Source of the DNA: Eledone cirrhosa
Lineage: Eukaryota
Length of the DNA: 64,000 bases
Assembly (NCBI GenBank): GCA_964016885.1
Contig: OZ024749.1
Coordinates: forward strand, 41,354,001 to 41,418,000
Reading direction: 5' to 3'
The position numbers and the translations under genes are program-made. Each line of letters opens with the position of its first letter. Position 1 is the stretch's first letter. A model generated the notes under the pieces. That model saw nothing but the letters and a program-made list of their open reading frames with translations, was not told the origin of the DNA and made no database searches. Of this stretch, positions 28,497 through 39,621 are shown piece by piece.

Positions 28497-28655
28497 CTGG
28501 CAAACGCATAATTAGATGTAGATTTAAACTATTGTAGTGTGTCGATTATATACACTCACACACACACACACACGTATATATATATGTGTGTATATATTTA
28601 TGGATACATATACAGTGGAACGAATTAAGTTCCTGAACCAAGTGTCTCTATTGTA

Positions 28656-28686
<31 letters not shown>

Positions 28687-28687
28687 G

Positions 28688-28870
28688 GGACCCCGACGGC
28701 CGAGCTCCTGCCGTTTCAACCGCTAGATCGGAACAGTTCGGATCTAGCTGTTGAAACAGCAGGAGCTCAGCCGTCGGGGTCCCGAATCCTTCAAAGTACA
28801 CACTCTATTGCCCCAAGTATCGAGTACTCTGGGGAGTAATGGCCGAACTCGTTTTTACTACAGCCATTAT
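28688..28870. mobile_element. Fold-back element carrying the 3' half of a hammerhead (family G), between (TA)n runs
   Basis: Palindrome GGGACCCCGACGGC...GCCGTCGGGGTCCC. Relatives at 31930-31985, 39430-39580, 42975-43135, 59683-59775 and 60380-60570. Confidence 0.7.
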
Positions 28871-28871
28871 G

Positions 28872-28937
<66 letters not shown>

Positions 28938-30247
28938 ATGAAAACAAATTCTAGAGCAACTGCTGCTGATTTTATGATACAAAACGGCAAGAAAGGGTTG
29001 AGCCTTGTTGTAGCTAGCCAAAGGGGTGGCCTTCTTTTGTCAAGGGTTTATTTCCGTTCACCATATTTAGAACCAAAACAGATACTGCGAGGTATGTCAT
29101 CCAGATGCTCTAACAATTCCACCGATCCCTCTTTATTTATCGAACCTTAGAAAAAAAATGGAAAAAAGGAAAGTTAACGTTGGTTTCTGAAATAAACACT
29201 TCATGGCGCTTACTCCGATGCTCTACCTACCGTGCCAACATTCCACTACAGTTCTAATAAAACTCTAATGTTGACTTGTGTTTATCGTTAAACACCTGTT
29301 CAATAAAGTTCAAAAATTGGTATAATAAACCCATGTCACCACTTTCTGAACTATAATGGACTGATCAAAGTGGAAAATTAGTATTTGAGGAAGTTAATAG
29401 TGGTTTTTGTTGGCAAATACTAAATAGATTTTTTTAATGCACATTCGTCGGTTTCCACGATGAGTATTCCAGTTGTTCGATCAACTAAACTAAACAATTC
29501 ATTGAATTAAGTACAGGCTTGACTCCGAGATAGATAACTACTCCACTTTAATAACAACAACCAGCATCAACAACAATATGTAAAGTTCATCCACCTCTGC
29601 TCATGGCTTGAACGCTTTTGGTCATAACTGTCTTTTGTGAAGCCTGACTGACCTGTGATTAAACAACATATACAATTATACTAATAAGTAGTGCGGGTCG
29701 GTGGTTGGTTTACGGAATATAAAAAAAAAGCTAACATCTGTCACGACCCCGGTAGCTCATCGGGCCGGTGCTTATCCCGGTTTCTGTGGCGTGAAACGAC
29801 TGAGAGTACAAGACTTCCCTGGACAGGACGCCAGTCAACCGCAGGGTTAACCCCCCCCCCCCTCCCCCCAGCTACTACTGGTACTCATTTTCAGCTGAAT
29901 ATACTGGAGCAACATGAAATGAAGTGTTTTGCTCAAGAACACAACATACAACCCAGTCCAGGAATCGAACCCACTACATTATGATTGTAAGTTCAACACC
30001 CTTACCACTAGGCCACATGAATTTTACGGGTCTGGAAAATTGTTGTCTGAAATCTGGTATAGGTATTGAGTTTATAGTTGGCTTTGATTTTTGTTAGTGT
30101 ATTGTTTACGTGTTTGGACATCCGAAGCTCTTATTTCATAGATAACTTAGGGTTTGTTCTAGATGTATTCACGCTCAAGTTTTAAGTATTTAACGGTCTT
30201 GTTTTCGTATATATCCACACCACTTACTTTACTCAACGTAGGTTTAC

Positions 30248-30455
30248 CTCTCCAGGAGCCGAGTTACAAGTCTTAACGACTTTTTCTGTGTTCACATTGC
30301 TCAGGTTACACGCAATCTCATATTTCTTTAGTTTGGCGCGGATTACTTCGATTTTCGAGAGATGTCCGTTGCTGTAAATATTGATTGAATGTTGAATATT
30401 GATAGACACGGCCTTCTCGCTGTGTGGTAATTTTAACGGGATGACCTCACAAATT
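30248..30455 (-). CDS. Internal exon, uncharacterised minus-strand gene
   Basis: Strong acceptor tctttctatttctccccttccag| and donor GAG|gtaaac; 69 open codons ICEVIPLKLPHSEKAVSINIQHS...CNSAPGE; phase 2 to 0. Confidence 0.65.
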
Positions 30456-30970
30456 CTGGAAGGGGAGAAATAGAAAGATTAAAATATACAGTAGGGGCGA
30501 GAAGTAGACCCTTTGATGGGCCTAGCACATGACAAATGTTTCTGATAGTTTGCCCTCCACAATAATAATCGGGTTCTGATATTTAGCTATTCCCAATATC
30601 AATCAAACATCAGATATTTCTCTGATTGTTAGCCACCCACAATAACCATCAAACAACATGACTCTCTGATTGTTAACTAACCACACGCATCTCCTTTACC
30701 ATCCTCCGGGGAAACGCCTTCTCCGTTCTGTCCGCCAGGGCTGTGGGGAAGCCATCAATGTGATTACTTAACCCTTTCATTACCATATTTCTAAAGACGT
30801 AATATATATTGAGGAGTGACATAGAGACTGTTAGTATCTTGACTAACGAGACAGACACACAATACTGACCTAAGGGAAATATAAATAAATAAATAAATAT
30901 ATACACTGGAACCATCAATTGACTTTCTTTAGCCGATTTGACTTGTATCCCCACCAAAATGGGATTTTGG

Positions 30971-31004
<34 letters not shown>

Positions 31005-31046
31005 GAGAGTAAAACAAAGAAGCCTTCAATACATCAAAAGTCTTTA

Positions 31047-31089
31047 TTAGCCGACAATGTTTCGTCCTATTAAGGACTCATCAGGGCAA
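31047..31089 (-). ncRNA. Type I hammerhead ribozyme (minimal), left arm of an inverted pair
   Basis: Exact reverse complement of the motif at 31354-31396. Confidence 0.85.
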
Positions 31090-31353
31090 TTAAAACAACA
31101 AGAAGTAATATCGTAATAGAAGTAATATATTACATTGTATTATATATAATTCCTGCTCTGTTTAGCTCTAGGTTTTTTTGCTTTGGACTATATTTGTAAT
31201 ATGGTTCTTAATGTTATATACATCCTTAGTAATTTTTATTATATATTTTTATTATTTTTATTATATATTTTTGCAATACTTTAGTGTATGTACACTCCAT
31301 ATTCTTCGGAGCTTCCGGCTTGTATCTGCCGATATTACTTCTTGTTGTTTTAA

Positions 31354-31396
31354 TTGCCCTGATGAGTCCTTAATAGGACGAAACATTGTCGGCTAA
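31354..31396 (+). ncRNA. Type I hammerhead ribozyme (minimal)
   Basis: Stem I GCC/GGC; core CTGATGA 31359-65; stem II GTCCT-TAAT-AGGAC; GAAAC-ATT-GTC; predicted cleavage after GUC at 31390. Confidence 0.9.
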
Positions 31397-31589
31397 TAAA
31401 GACTTTTGATGTATTGAAGGGTTCTTTGTTTTACTCTCTTAATTTTTCGGCTCTGTTTAACTACATTGAGCTATACCTTTTACTGTCATTTCTATAATAC
31501 GAAGAGGGTGTTTAACTCCAACACGCTCCAGTATTTTAACCCTTATATATATATATATATATATATATTTATTGTTTGACCCGAATTAC

Positions 31590-31735
31590 TTGGTCGTTTG
31601 TTTTGGCTGTGCGGATGATATGTTTAACCATCATCTCAGTGTGTTTGGCCCTTAACGTATGTTGTAGCTCTGATTCACATGAATCATTGAGCGCTTGCCA
31701 CACATATCGGATGTTGATTTTCGTTAATTCCTGAG
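31590..31735 (-). CDS. Internal exon, uncharacterised minus-strand gene
   Basis: tatttcag| ... CAA|gtaatt; single open frame QELTKINIRYVWQALNDSCESELQHTLRAKHTEMMVKHIIRTAKTNDQ. Ends in phase 0, so a linking exon to 30455 is needed. Confidence 0.5.
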
Positions 31736-31755
31736 CTGAAATACGATTCTCGCTA

Positions 31756-31806
<51 letters not shown>

Positions 31807-32057
31807 GATTAAGAATTGCAGATTTTTGTAAACTTACATATTACATATTACAATTAGGTTTCATATCGATCAGCTCGGGTGTGATCATGTGATTGGATCC
31901 TGACTCCTAATATATATATTATACTAGTAGGGAACTAGCTGTTGAAACGGCAAGAGCTCGGCCGTCGGGGTCCCGACTCTTTATGACATATGTATATATA
32001 TATTTATATATACACACAATGATGCAATATGAGAGGAGGTAAGGAGAGGATGCTCAC

Positions 32058-32127
32058 ACGAAAGTAAGCTGTCATGTTTATTTCCACCAAATGAAACATT
32101 CGGTTTCAGATTTGATTTTGGCGGTTT
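32058..32127 (-). CDS. Possible upstream exon of the minus-strand gene
   Basis: Donor |gtgagc, weak acceptor; KPPKSNLKPNVSFGGNKHDSLLS; its phase-1 end matches the exon at 31735. Confidence 0.35.
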
Positions 32128-32957
32128 CTGATTGTTTTCACACCACCACCACCTTCAGTTTCACCTAATCCACGCCACCGCCTCCACTACCACCAACAAC
32201 ACCTTAGATATATACCTTCATTATACACTATCACGTTACTACTACTACTACTACAGCGAATAACAACCCCCCTCCACTAGATCTAGGCCAAATTCCTTCA
32301 GTTTTTTTTCCAGTTTATTGTTAGATGTTAACATAAAAAAATACCAACTGTCAACTTTGTTGATGTTATTGTTTAGCCCTAGGCCGGCCTACGATCAAAA
32401 GCATTCCAGCCATGACCAACAACCCGTCTTTTCATGGGTGTAAATTATCCACGGTGAGATGTGATTTGAGGAAAGATTTCATTGCTATTTTTGTTGTTGT
32501 TGTTGTTGATAGGGTTGGTGGTGGTGCGGTTGTTGTTGGTGGTGATGGTGGTGGTACGGTTGGTCGTGACGGTGTTGCTGTTGTGTAAGGTTTTTGTTGT
32601 CGATCGTAATGCTGTTGGTGTTGTTGTCAGAATTTATCTGCAGTAAAAGTTGACCTAATCTTGACAGTATGCGCTTAACCTAGATACGACTACTAACTAC
32701 TATTGCTAATACCACCACCACTACTACTACCTCAACTACTGGTGATGTAGATATCACTTTAAAAGATAGTCAGATGAACTGATGATCTCTATCGGCAAGA
32801 AATTAGAAGCGGAAGTGGTGTATATTGTGCTCTAGGAGCTGGGAGAGAGGCTCATGTTTCAGACAAAATATACATTACTTCAGTCTCTAACTACTACTTT
32901 ACCGATCTATATTTTACACACATGCTCAGAGAGAGAGAGGTGGGGAGGAGATAGATA

Positions 32958-33448
32958 TATTTCTTTATTAGCCACAAGGGCGCACAAGAAAAGGGGACAA
33001 TACAAAGACATGCCGGGGATTTTACATACAGTCGTGTAAAAAATATAAAAACAAACAATTACAACAATCGAAATCCCCAATAGGGGGGAGGCGCCACAAA
33101 TGGGTTGTTTAATACCCCGTCGATAGAACAACCCTCAACTCCAGGAGCGTGTTGTGCAAGTGCTCCTTTCTTCCTTTTGCTCTCTTCTTCAACCTACAGG
33201 CTTATAAACAGAGAAGGCCCAATCACTCGGGCCATTTTCGCTTCATTCACCCACCTTTCAGTAAATTTACTGGGGTGCAGTGCCTATCTCTCCACCCTGA
33301 TTCTCCTTCTAAAGTGATACTTAAAGAAGGGAATCAATTGTTGTCCGGAGAGAAAGGCATCTGTCCTCAGTCCTCTCAATCTCGTCCACCATATAACTTC
33401 TTTCACCATAGCCACTGTACAGAGGAAAACCGCCTCTCTTTCGTTTTT
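32958..33448 (-). mobile_element. 5'-truncated Tx1-type LINE 3' end (diverged subfamily)
   Basis: Homologous to the ORF end and 3'UTR of 39622-41362; GATA repeats on both sides. Confidence 0.8.
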
Positions 33449-33689
33449 ATAGATAGATAGATAGATGAATAGATAGACAGATAGAGAGAGAGAGAGTGAC
33501 TCGGTTATCCAAACAAGCCAAGTAGCGATTAGTGTTTTGTTCGGTTAATTGATCTGAACGTAAACATAAAGAAAGAATCCAGACTGAAACATTTTATATA
33601 ACTGGATATTTATAAAGATTTGACAGTCTTTACGGGTGTCGACTTAAATGTCTTGGCATTTTTTTCTGGCTCATTGTATATTCTGAGTT

Positions 33690-34207
33690 TAAAATCGCAG
33701 CAGAGATAGTAAAGGCGTCCAAAGTTAAGACATGGAAGGTTAAGCTGGAATTCGGCTTCAGATCAGCAAATAAAGTGTTCTAGCAAACCATCCGCCGACT
33801 TCGTAATAAGAAGTCCTCATCCATACCTGCTATCAGGAACGCATCTGGGGTTCTCTCTGAAGAACCTTACGATCTGGAGAGAATACTTTGCTGATCTACT
33901 AAACCCGATGACAACAGCATCTTCTGATGTACACGATTTGGGAAGGATGAGTAATCTCTAGGAGGCTGAGGTCACAAGGTCAATTAAAGAGCTCAAATGT
34001 TGCAAGACTATTGGGAAGGATGAAATTCGGCCCGAGATATTAAAATCCTTAAATAGAGAAGGTATGCCGGGCAACCAAGATCTCTGGAAGGGCACCCAAG
34101 CACTGAAAATCAGGAGTGATAATCCCAATTTTCAAAACGGGAGACAAAAGAGATTGCCCCAATTATAGAGGACTCTCATTGTTTAGCCGCCCCGATTAGA
34201 CTATGCT
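33690..34207 (+). mobile_element. Decayed RTE-clade LINE fragment (RT N-terminal region)
   Basis: EAEVTRSIKELKCCKTIGKDEIRPEILKSLNREG ... GVIIPIFKTGDKRDCPNYRGLSLFS, a non-LTR RT motif, with frameshifts. Confidence 0.8.
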
Positions 34208-34241
34208 AAGTAAACATGCCAGGAAATACGATATGATATAC

Positions 34242-34290
34242 ACGTCTTCTGATGAGGGTTCAATAAAATTCGAAAATCGATTAAAGATGT
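34242..34290 (+). ncRNA. Type I hammerhead ribozyme (minimal, palindromic stem III)
   Basis: Stem I ACGTCTT/AAGATGT; CTGATGA 34249-55; stem II GGGTT-CAATAA-AATTC; GAAA-ATCGAT-TA; predicted cleavage after UUA at 34283. Confidence 0.85.
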
Positions 34291-35836
34291 TTATAATGTT
34301 TTTCAATTTACAGGGAATTTCGTATTTTTTGGCATGTTTACTTGCCTACAAATGAGATATATCTATATATTTATTCACGTTATTGCAATCCTGGTTACAC
34401 ATTCAGTATTGTACAGATATAACTTTATCTGAAACGTTAAGACTCTTTTCCTATTATGTCAAACGTTAAACTAATATATTTCTTCATTGTACACTGTCGT
34501 TGTAATTGTTTACCTTTTACACACACACACAACACACATATAAATAAAAAATAGGAAAGTCCATCATCAGTAGTCTGCTGATTATCATTGGTATTTCTTC
34601 GCATTAAAGACTTTTTATTCATATGTTCATATTCGCAACAACGAAGCACGCCATTTCATTTATATATATATTTATATATATATATATATGTATGTATGTA
34701 TATACATACATACACATATCTGTATTTATAGAAAATGGAAGTAACTGAGACTGCTTAGATGTGTATATAAATTTACACCTTTTAAGTATATAGACAACAA
34801 ATATACGTACTTCCCTGTAAATGGAAAACAAAATGGTAAAATGGTGTATATACATACATACAAAGTAGTGTGAACATAAATATCCCTTTTGTGTTTTATC
34901 TAGTTTTTTCAAGGTCTCACCTGATTCTATCATTAACATTCCAGCAAGGGTAGGGTTTTTTTTTGGGGGGGGGGGATCCAGAGGGACAGGGAGGAATGGG
35001 GTTATTTGTGGTGGTAGTTGAGGGTCTCAATACTGAACGCAGTTGTATCTGTGTTGGGTCTCCTTGTTCGACATAGCAACACGGGTAATATTGGGGTGGG
35101 TGGGGTGCATTTTGTGGGATGGTGGGGCGTTGTAGGTTAGAGATGATGGAGTTGGTGATGGTTTTGATCGTGGTGGTGGAGGTGGTGGTAGTGATGATGG
35201 TGGTGGTGGAGTTGTTGCTTTCGATGACGGTGTTCGTGTTGGTGCTGCTGACGATGGTAGTGGTGGTAGTGATGTGGTGGTGTTGGTGCTGTTAGTGGTG
35301 AATGGGTGGTAATGTTGGTAGTGGTGTTGAGGTTGATGCCGTTGTTGAGGTGATGTTGCGGGGGGGGGGGGATAATGTTGGTAGCGATGCTGGGGGAGGT
35401 TCTTGTGTGTGTGTGTGTGTGTTTGTATGTACATGTGTATGTGTCTGAGTGTATGTAGGGTCTCCCTAGTGTTTGACAGCATCACGGTTAATAAAGTTTG
35501 GTTGGGAGGGTAGAAAGGAGCAGCGAGGGGCTGTTATGGTGGGTATATGTGTGTGTGAGTGTCTATATGTATGTGTGTGTATGAGTATGTATGTTCCATA
35601 TCCACCCTTTCCACCCAGAATGTTATATGTTGGGTGATCAGTCACTCCAAATAGAGCCTCTTATATATATATATATACACACATACATACACCATTACAC
35701 ACCATCACCACCACCACCACCACCACCACCAGCATCTCCACCATCACCATCACCACCACCTCCTCCCCTATGAAGCCCAGCCCCTCAATTGTTTATCCAT
35801 GATGCAATATCTGACATCTTAGGGAAGACCCCCCCC

Positions 35837-35885
<49 letters not shown>

Positions 35886-36013
35886 GTAGGAGGTGAGTTT
35901 TATTGTAGTACAATAAAGCTATGCAGATATCGGATAAGTAGCACTCTACAGTTTGTAGGACTGGAGTATAAATAATATATAAGATCAAAAGATGCTTAAA
36001 AGAGTTCCATGTA

Positions 36014-36066
36014 TTTGAAATGCGCATAATAAAATACATGGAACTCTTTTAACCATCTTTTGATCT

Positions 36067-36134
<68 letters not shown>

Positions 36135-36187
36135 AGATCAAAAGATGGTTAAAAGAGTTCCATGTATTTTATTATGCGCATTTCAAA
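36014..36187. repeat. 174-bp palindrome centred on (TA)n; arms are the 3' half of the 42.8-kb hammerhead family
   Basis: TTTGAAATGCGCATAATAAAATACATGG...(TA)n...CCATGTATTTTATTATGCGCATTTCAAA; a further inverted piece at 35885-36015. Confidence 0.8.
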
Positions 36188-36214
36188 TTTCCACACACTC
36201 ACACACACATAAAT

Positions 36215-36322
36215 TTCCACACACTCACACACACATATAAATATACAGAAACACACACTCATATATATATATATATGAGTGTGTGTTTCTGTATATTTAT
36301 ATGTGTGTGTGAGTGTGTGGAA
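36215..36322. repeat. 108-bp palindrome centred on (AT)8
   Basis: The arms are exact reverse complements. Confidence 0.8.
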
Positions 36323-36445
36323 GCCGCTTATTGTGATTACTTCAGGTCTAAGCAATTTGTAAGCAAACGTAGAATTTTGGTATTCACTAATTTTGATATT
36401 GTACGCGATTATAAGCGGCATATACTATTTACTCTGTCTGTGTTG

Positions 36446-36607
36446 TATATATATATATATATATATATATAGTGTGTGTGTATATGTATATATGTGTGTG
36501 TGTGTGTATATATATATATATAGATACATACATATACATATATATATGTATATATATAGTATATATGTGTGTGTGTGTGTGTATGTGTGTGTGTATATGT
36601 ATATATA

Positions 36608-36639
<32 letters not shown>

Positions 36640-36888
36640 GATACATACATATACATATATATATATGTATATATATAGTATATATGTGTGTGTGTGTATA
36701 TGTATGTGTGTGTGTATATGTATATGTGTGTGTGTGTGTATATGTATATATGTGTGTGTGTGTGTATATATATATATATAGATACATACATATACATATA
36801 TATATGTATATATATATAGTATATATGTGTGTGTGTATATATATATCTATCTATCTCTATATCTATATATATATAGAGAGAGAGAGAG
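36446..36888. repeat. Compound (TA)/(TG)/(AG) microsatellite with higher-order duplication
   Basis: The block gatacatacatatacatatatat recurs three times. Confidence 0.9.
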
Positions 36889-37247
36889 GGTTCAGGAATA
36901 GACGAGACAAACACAGAGATGCAAAAGCAGAAAGTTATATAGACATCTGAGTGTGTTGTGCGTCTATATGTTTGTGTGTGTTGAAGACAAACATTACAGG
37001 TTTCAATACCATCACTACTGCATCACCAACCACCCCACACTCTACCCCATATACACTATCATCTCCCTCCGCATCTGTCACATCTACCACCGCCATCACC
37101 ACCACCGCCGCCGCCGCCATCACTACCACCGCCGCCGCCACCACTATTGGAACAGCTGGCAATATGCAATGTGTTACATGTCCATGTTTGTACACCTGAC
37201 CTTAAATATATCGTAACTCCGCCCACCCACACGCACACACAGCATAT

Positions 37248-37281
<34 letters not shown>

Positions 37282-37559
37282 CTACATGTACACGTACACA
37301 CATACATACAGACACATACACAACACACATACATGAGTCCATATATACACACACTACAAAGGTATGTACACATACATATATGTGCATTTACAGTATTTAT
37401 TTGGATATAAATCTGTCAGTCTCTCTCGCTCTCTCTCTCTCACTTTCTCTTTCTCTATCCATGTCTCTCTCGTGTGCTTCGGTTTTATGTCTATATATAT
37501 TCTATTGTTTGCCTGTCTCTTTCTTGCGATGTATCTATTTCACTACCCACCCACCCCCA

Positions 37560-37592
<33 letters not shown>

Positions 37593-37795
37593 GAGATGAC
37601 GAAGTTTCACTTTAATACGAGATTATTGAATATCGAACATTACATATGTTTCACAGATGATTGGCTCGAGGTTTTTATTGATGTGATAGATCTCTGACTC
37701 CAGCATCAATCAGCTCATTAGACGTATGGATTCAAATCAAAACATTTCCATCTCTAGAGCAACCGACATTGTACCGATATATATGTGTGCATGTT

Positions 37796-37873
<78 letters not shown>

Positions 37874-38957
37874 AATTTTAAGTTTAATCAATACATAAGA
37901 TATATAACAATAATGTTTCTCAGTACAATGCTCCATGAAACTTCAGTTTAGAACATCAGTTATACATGTTTAAACGATATATAACAGGATAGTGTCTATG
38001 TAAGTGTGGGCCATTATATTATATTGAAGTATGTATATTTGTTTACATATTTGTACTGTATGTAAGAAATACTAGATGTTTCTCAATCGATATGTATATA
38101 TATATATATATAAATACTATAGAACATCAAACTTTAACAGGAAACAATTGAATGCTCGGATTTAGTCCTTGAATTTTTCTTCGAGCTTATTCTACAGGTG
38201 ATAAGGCGTATGTTCGAGATTTTCTCAAACATGGTATCTATATTTTTGAATGTAATTATATATATATATATATTTATATATATTTATTACATAAGCATGG
38301 CTGAAGGAATTTCAAAAAAACAAAGACTTTTCAAACATGTACCGTCCTTTAGTTTCATCCGGCGTGTTTATGAGAGGTGAGTTTCATAGTGTCTGTCAGT
38401 TGTTTAACGCTACATAAACCTGGAATAAGCTCTGATCAGATAAACCTCGGTGGTGTAGGATAGACTTTAACTGTCGAAATGTTCTGAAATGATTCTAAGA
38501 GTTTTTTTCTTTGTGTTTTTAAATGGTTAAAATGCTAAAATGTCTCTCCTTGATGTAATTACTTCAGTTTCAACAGATGGAGTCAATTTACTTGCCAAAC
38601 AAGTACAGCAACTCCTCTGAAACACTCACAAAACGGTTATCATAAATAATTGAATAGATAGATATACAAAGTACGTAAATAAATAACATGTCCATATGTT
38701 CGTGTTTACCATTGTGTCTGTGACTGTGTTTTATGTTCAGTAACTTGGCAGTTACACAAAAAAAGAAAGAAAAAAAAGAGAAAAAAGAAAATGAAATAAG
38801 TACCAGACGAGAAAATAAATGAAAAAAAGATTAGTAGATCGATATGTTCGAATGTTCGACTAATTCAAAGTGGTGCCCCAACATGGCTGCACGCTTTCTA
38901 ATGATTGAAACCTGTAAAAAATATATAAAAATAAATAAATAGTACACACACACACAC

Positions 38958-39018
<61 letters not shown>

Positions 39019-39089
39019 AGTGAATTTCAAACCGATAAGGTATGATTTTCATGGATATGTCTCTATCTATATTTATAAAACAAACTTTG

Positions 39090-39154
39090 TATTTTATCTG
39101 ATGAAAGCGTACCAATGTTGTCTTGGTTGCCCTTGAAATATATATAATAAAATA
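39090..39154 (+). ncRNA. Type I hammerhead ribozyme (family H-A) in an element spanning about 39016-39290
   Basis: Stem I TATTTTAT/ATAAAATA; CTGATGA 39098-104; stem II AAG..ACCAA/TTGGT..CTT; GAAA-TATATA-TA; predicted cleavage after AUA at 39146. (TA)n on both flanks. Confidence 0.85.
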
Positions 39155-39292
39155 AATATGGTTTTATAAATACAGTTTCCATTTATTTAATATCATTGAA
39201 TATTTACCCCATTCAACTGTTGAGTGCTCTAAATCAGTTATAAACATTTATGTTTGTCGGACTTCCAACAAATTAAATACAACTTCTACTTA

Positions 39293-39339
<47 letters not shown>

Positions 39340-39621
39340 ATATGTATCTATGAATGAATAACAGGAATGTACGTCCATATATGCATATACACTTACACAC
39401 ACCACTCATATATATATATATATATACAACAAAGAAGGTGTGGTAAGATACCAGGTGGACCATAACGCACCAGGGTACTCGATACTTAGGGTAGTAATAC
39501 TGGTGGCTTAGTTCCTTAGTTCGCATCTAGCTGTCGAAAGGGCCGGAGCTCAGCCTTCGGGGTCCTGACTCTTTTCCTATATATAGAGATAGAAAGATAG
39601 ATATAGATATAGATATAGATA

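Noticed and set aside
30673-30870. ORF 30673-31029 (-) with faint resemblance to a LINE endonuclease (DGFPTALADRTE)
   Set aside because: Similarity too short, and the ORF is a mosaic of TA repeat, ribozyme arm and MITE end.
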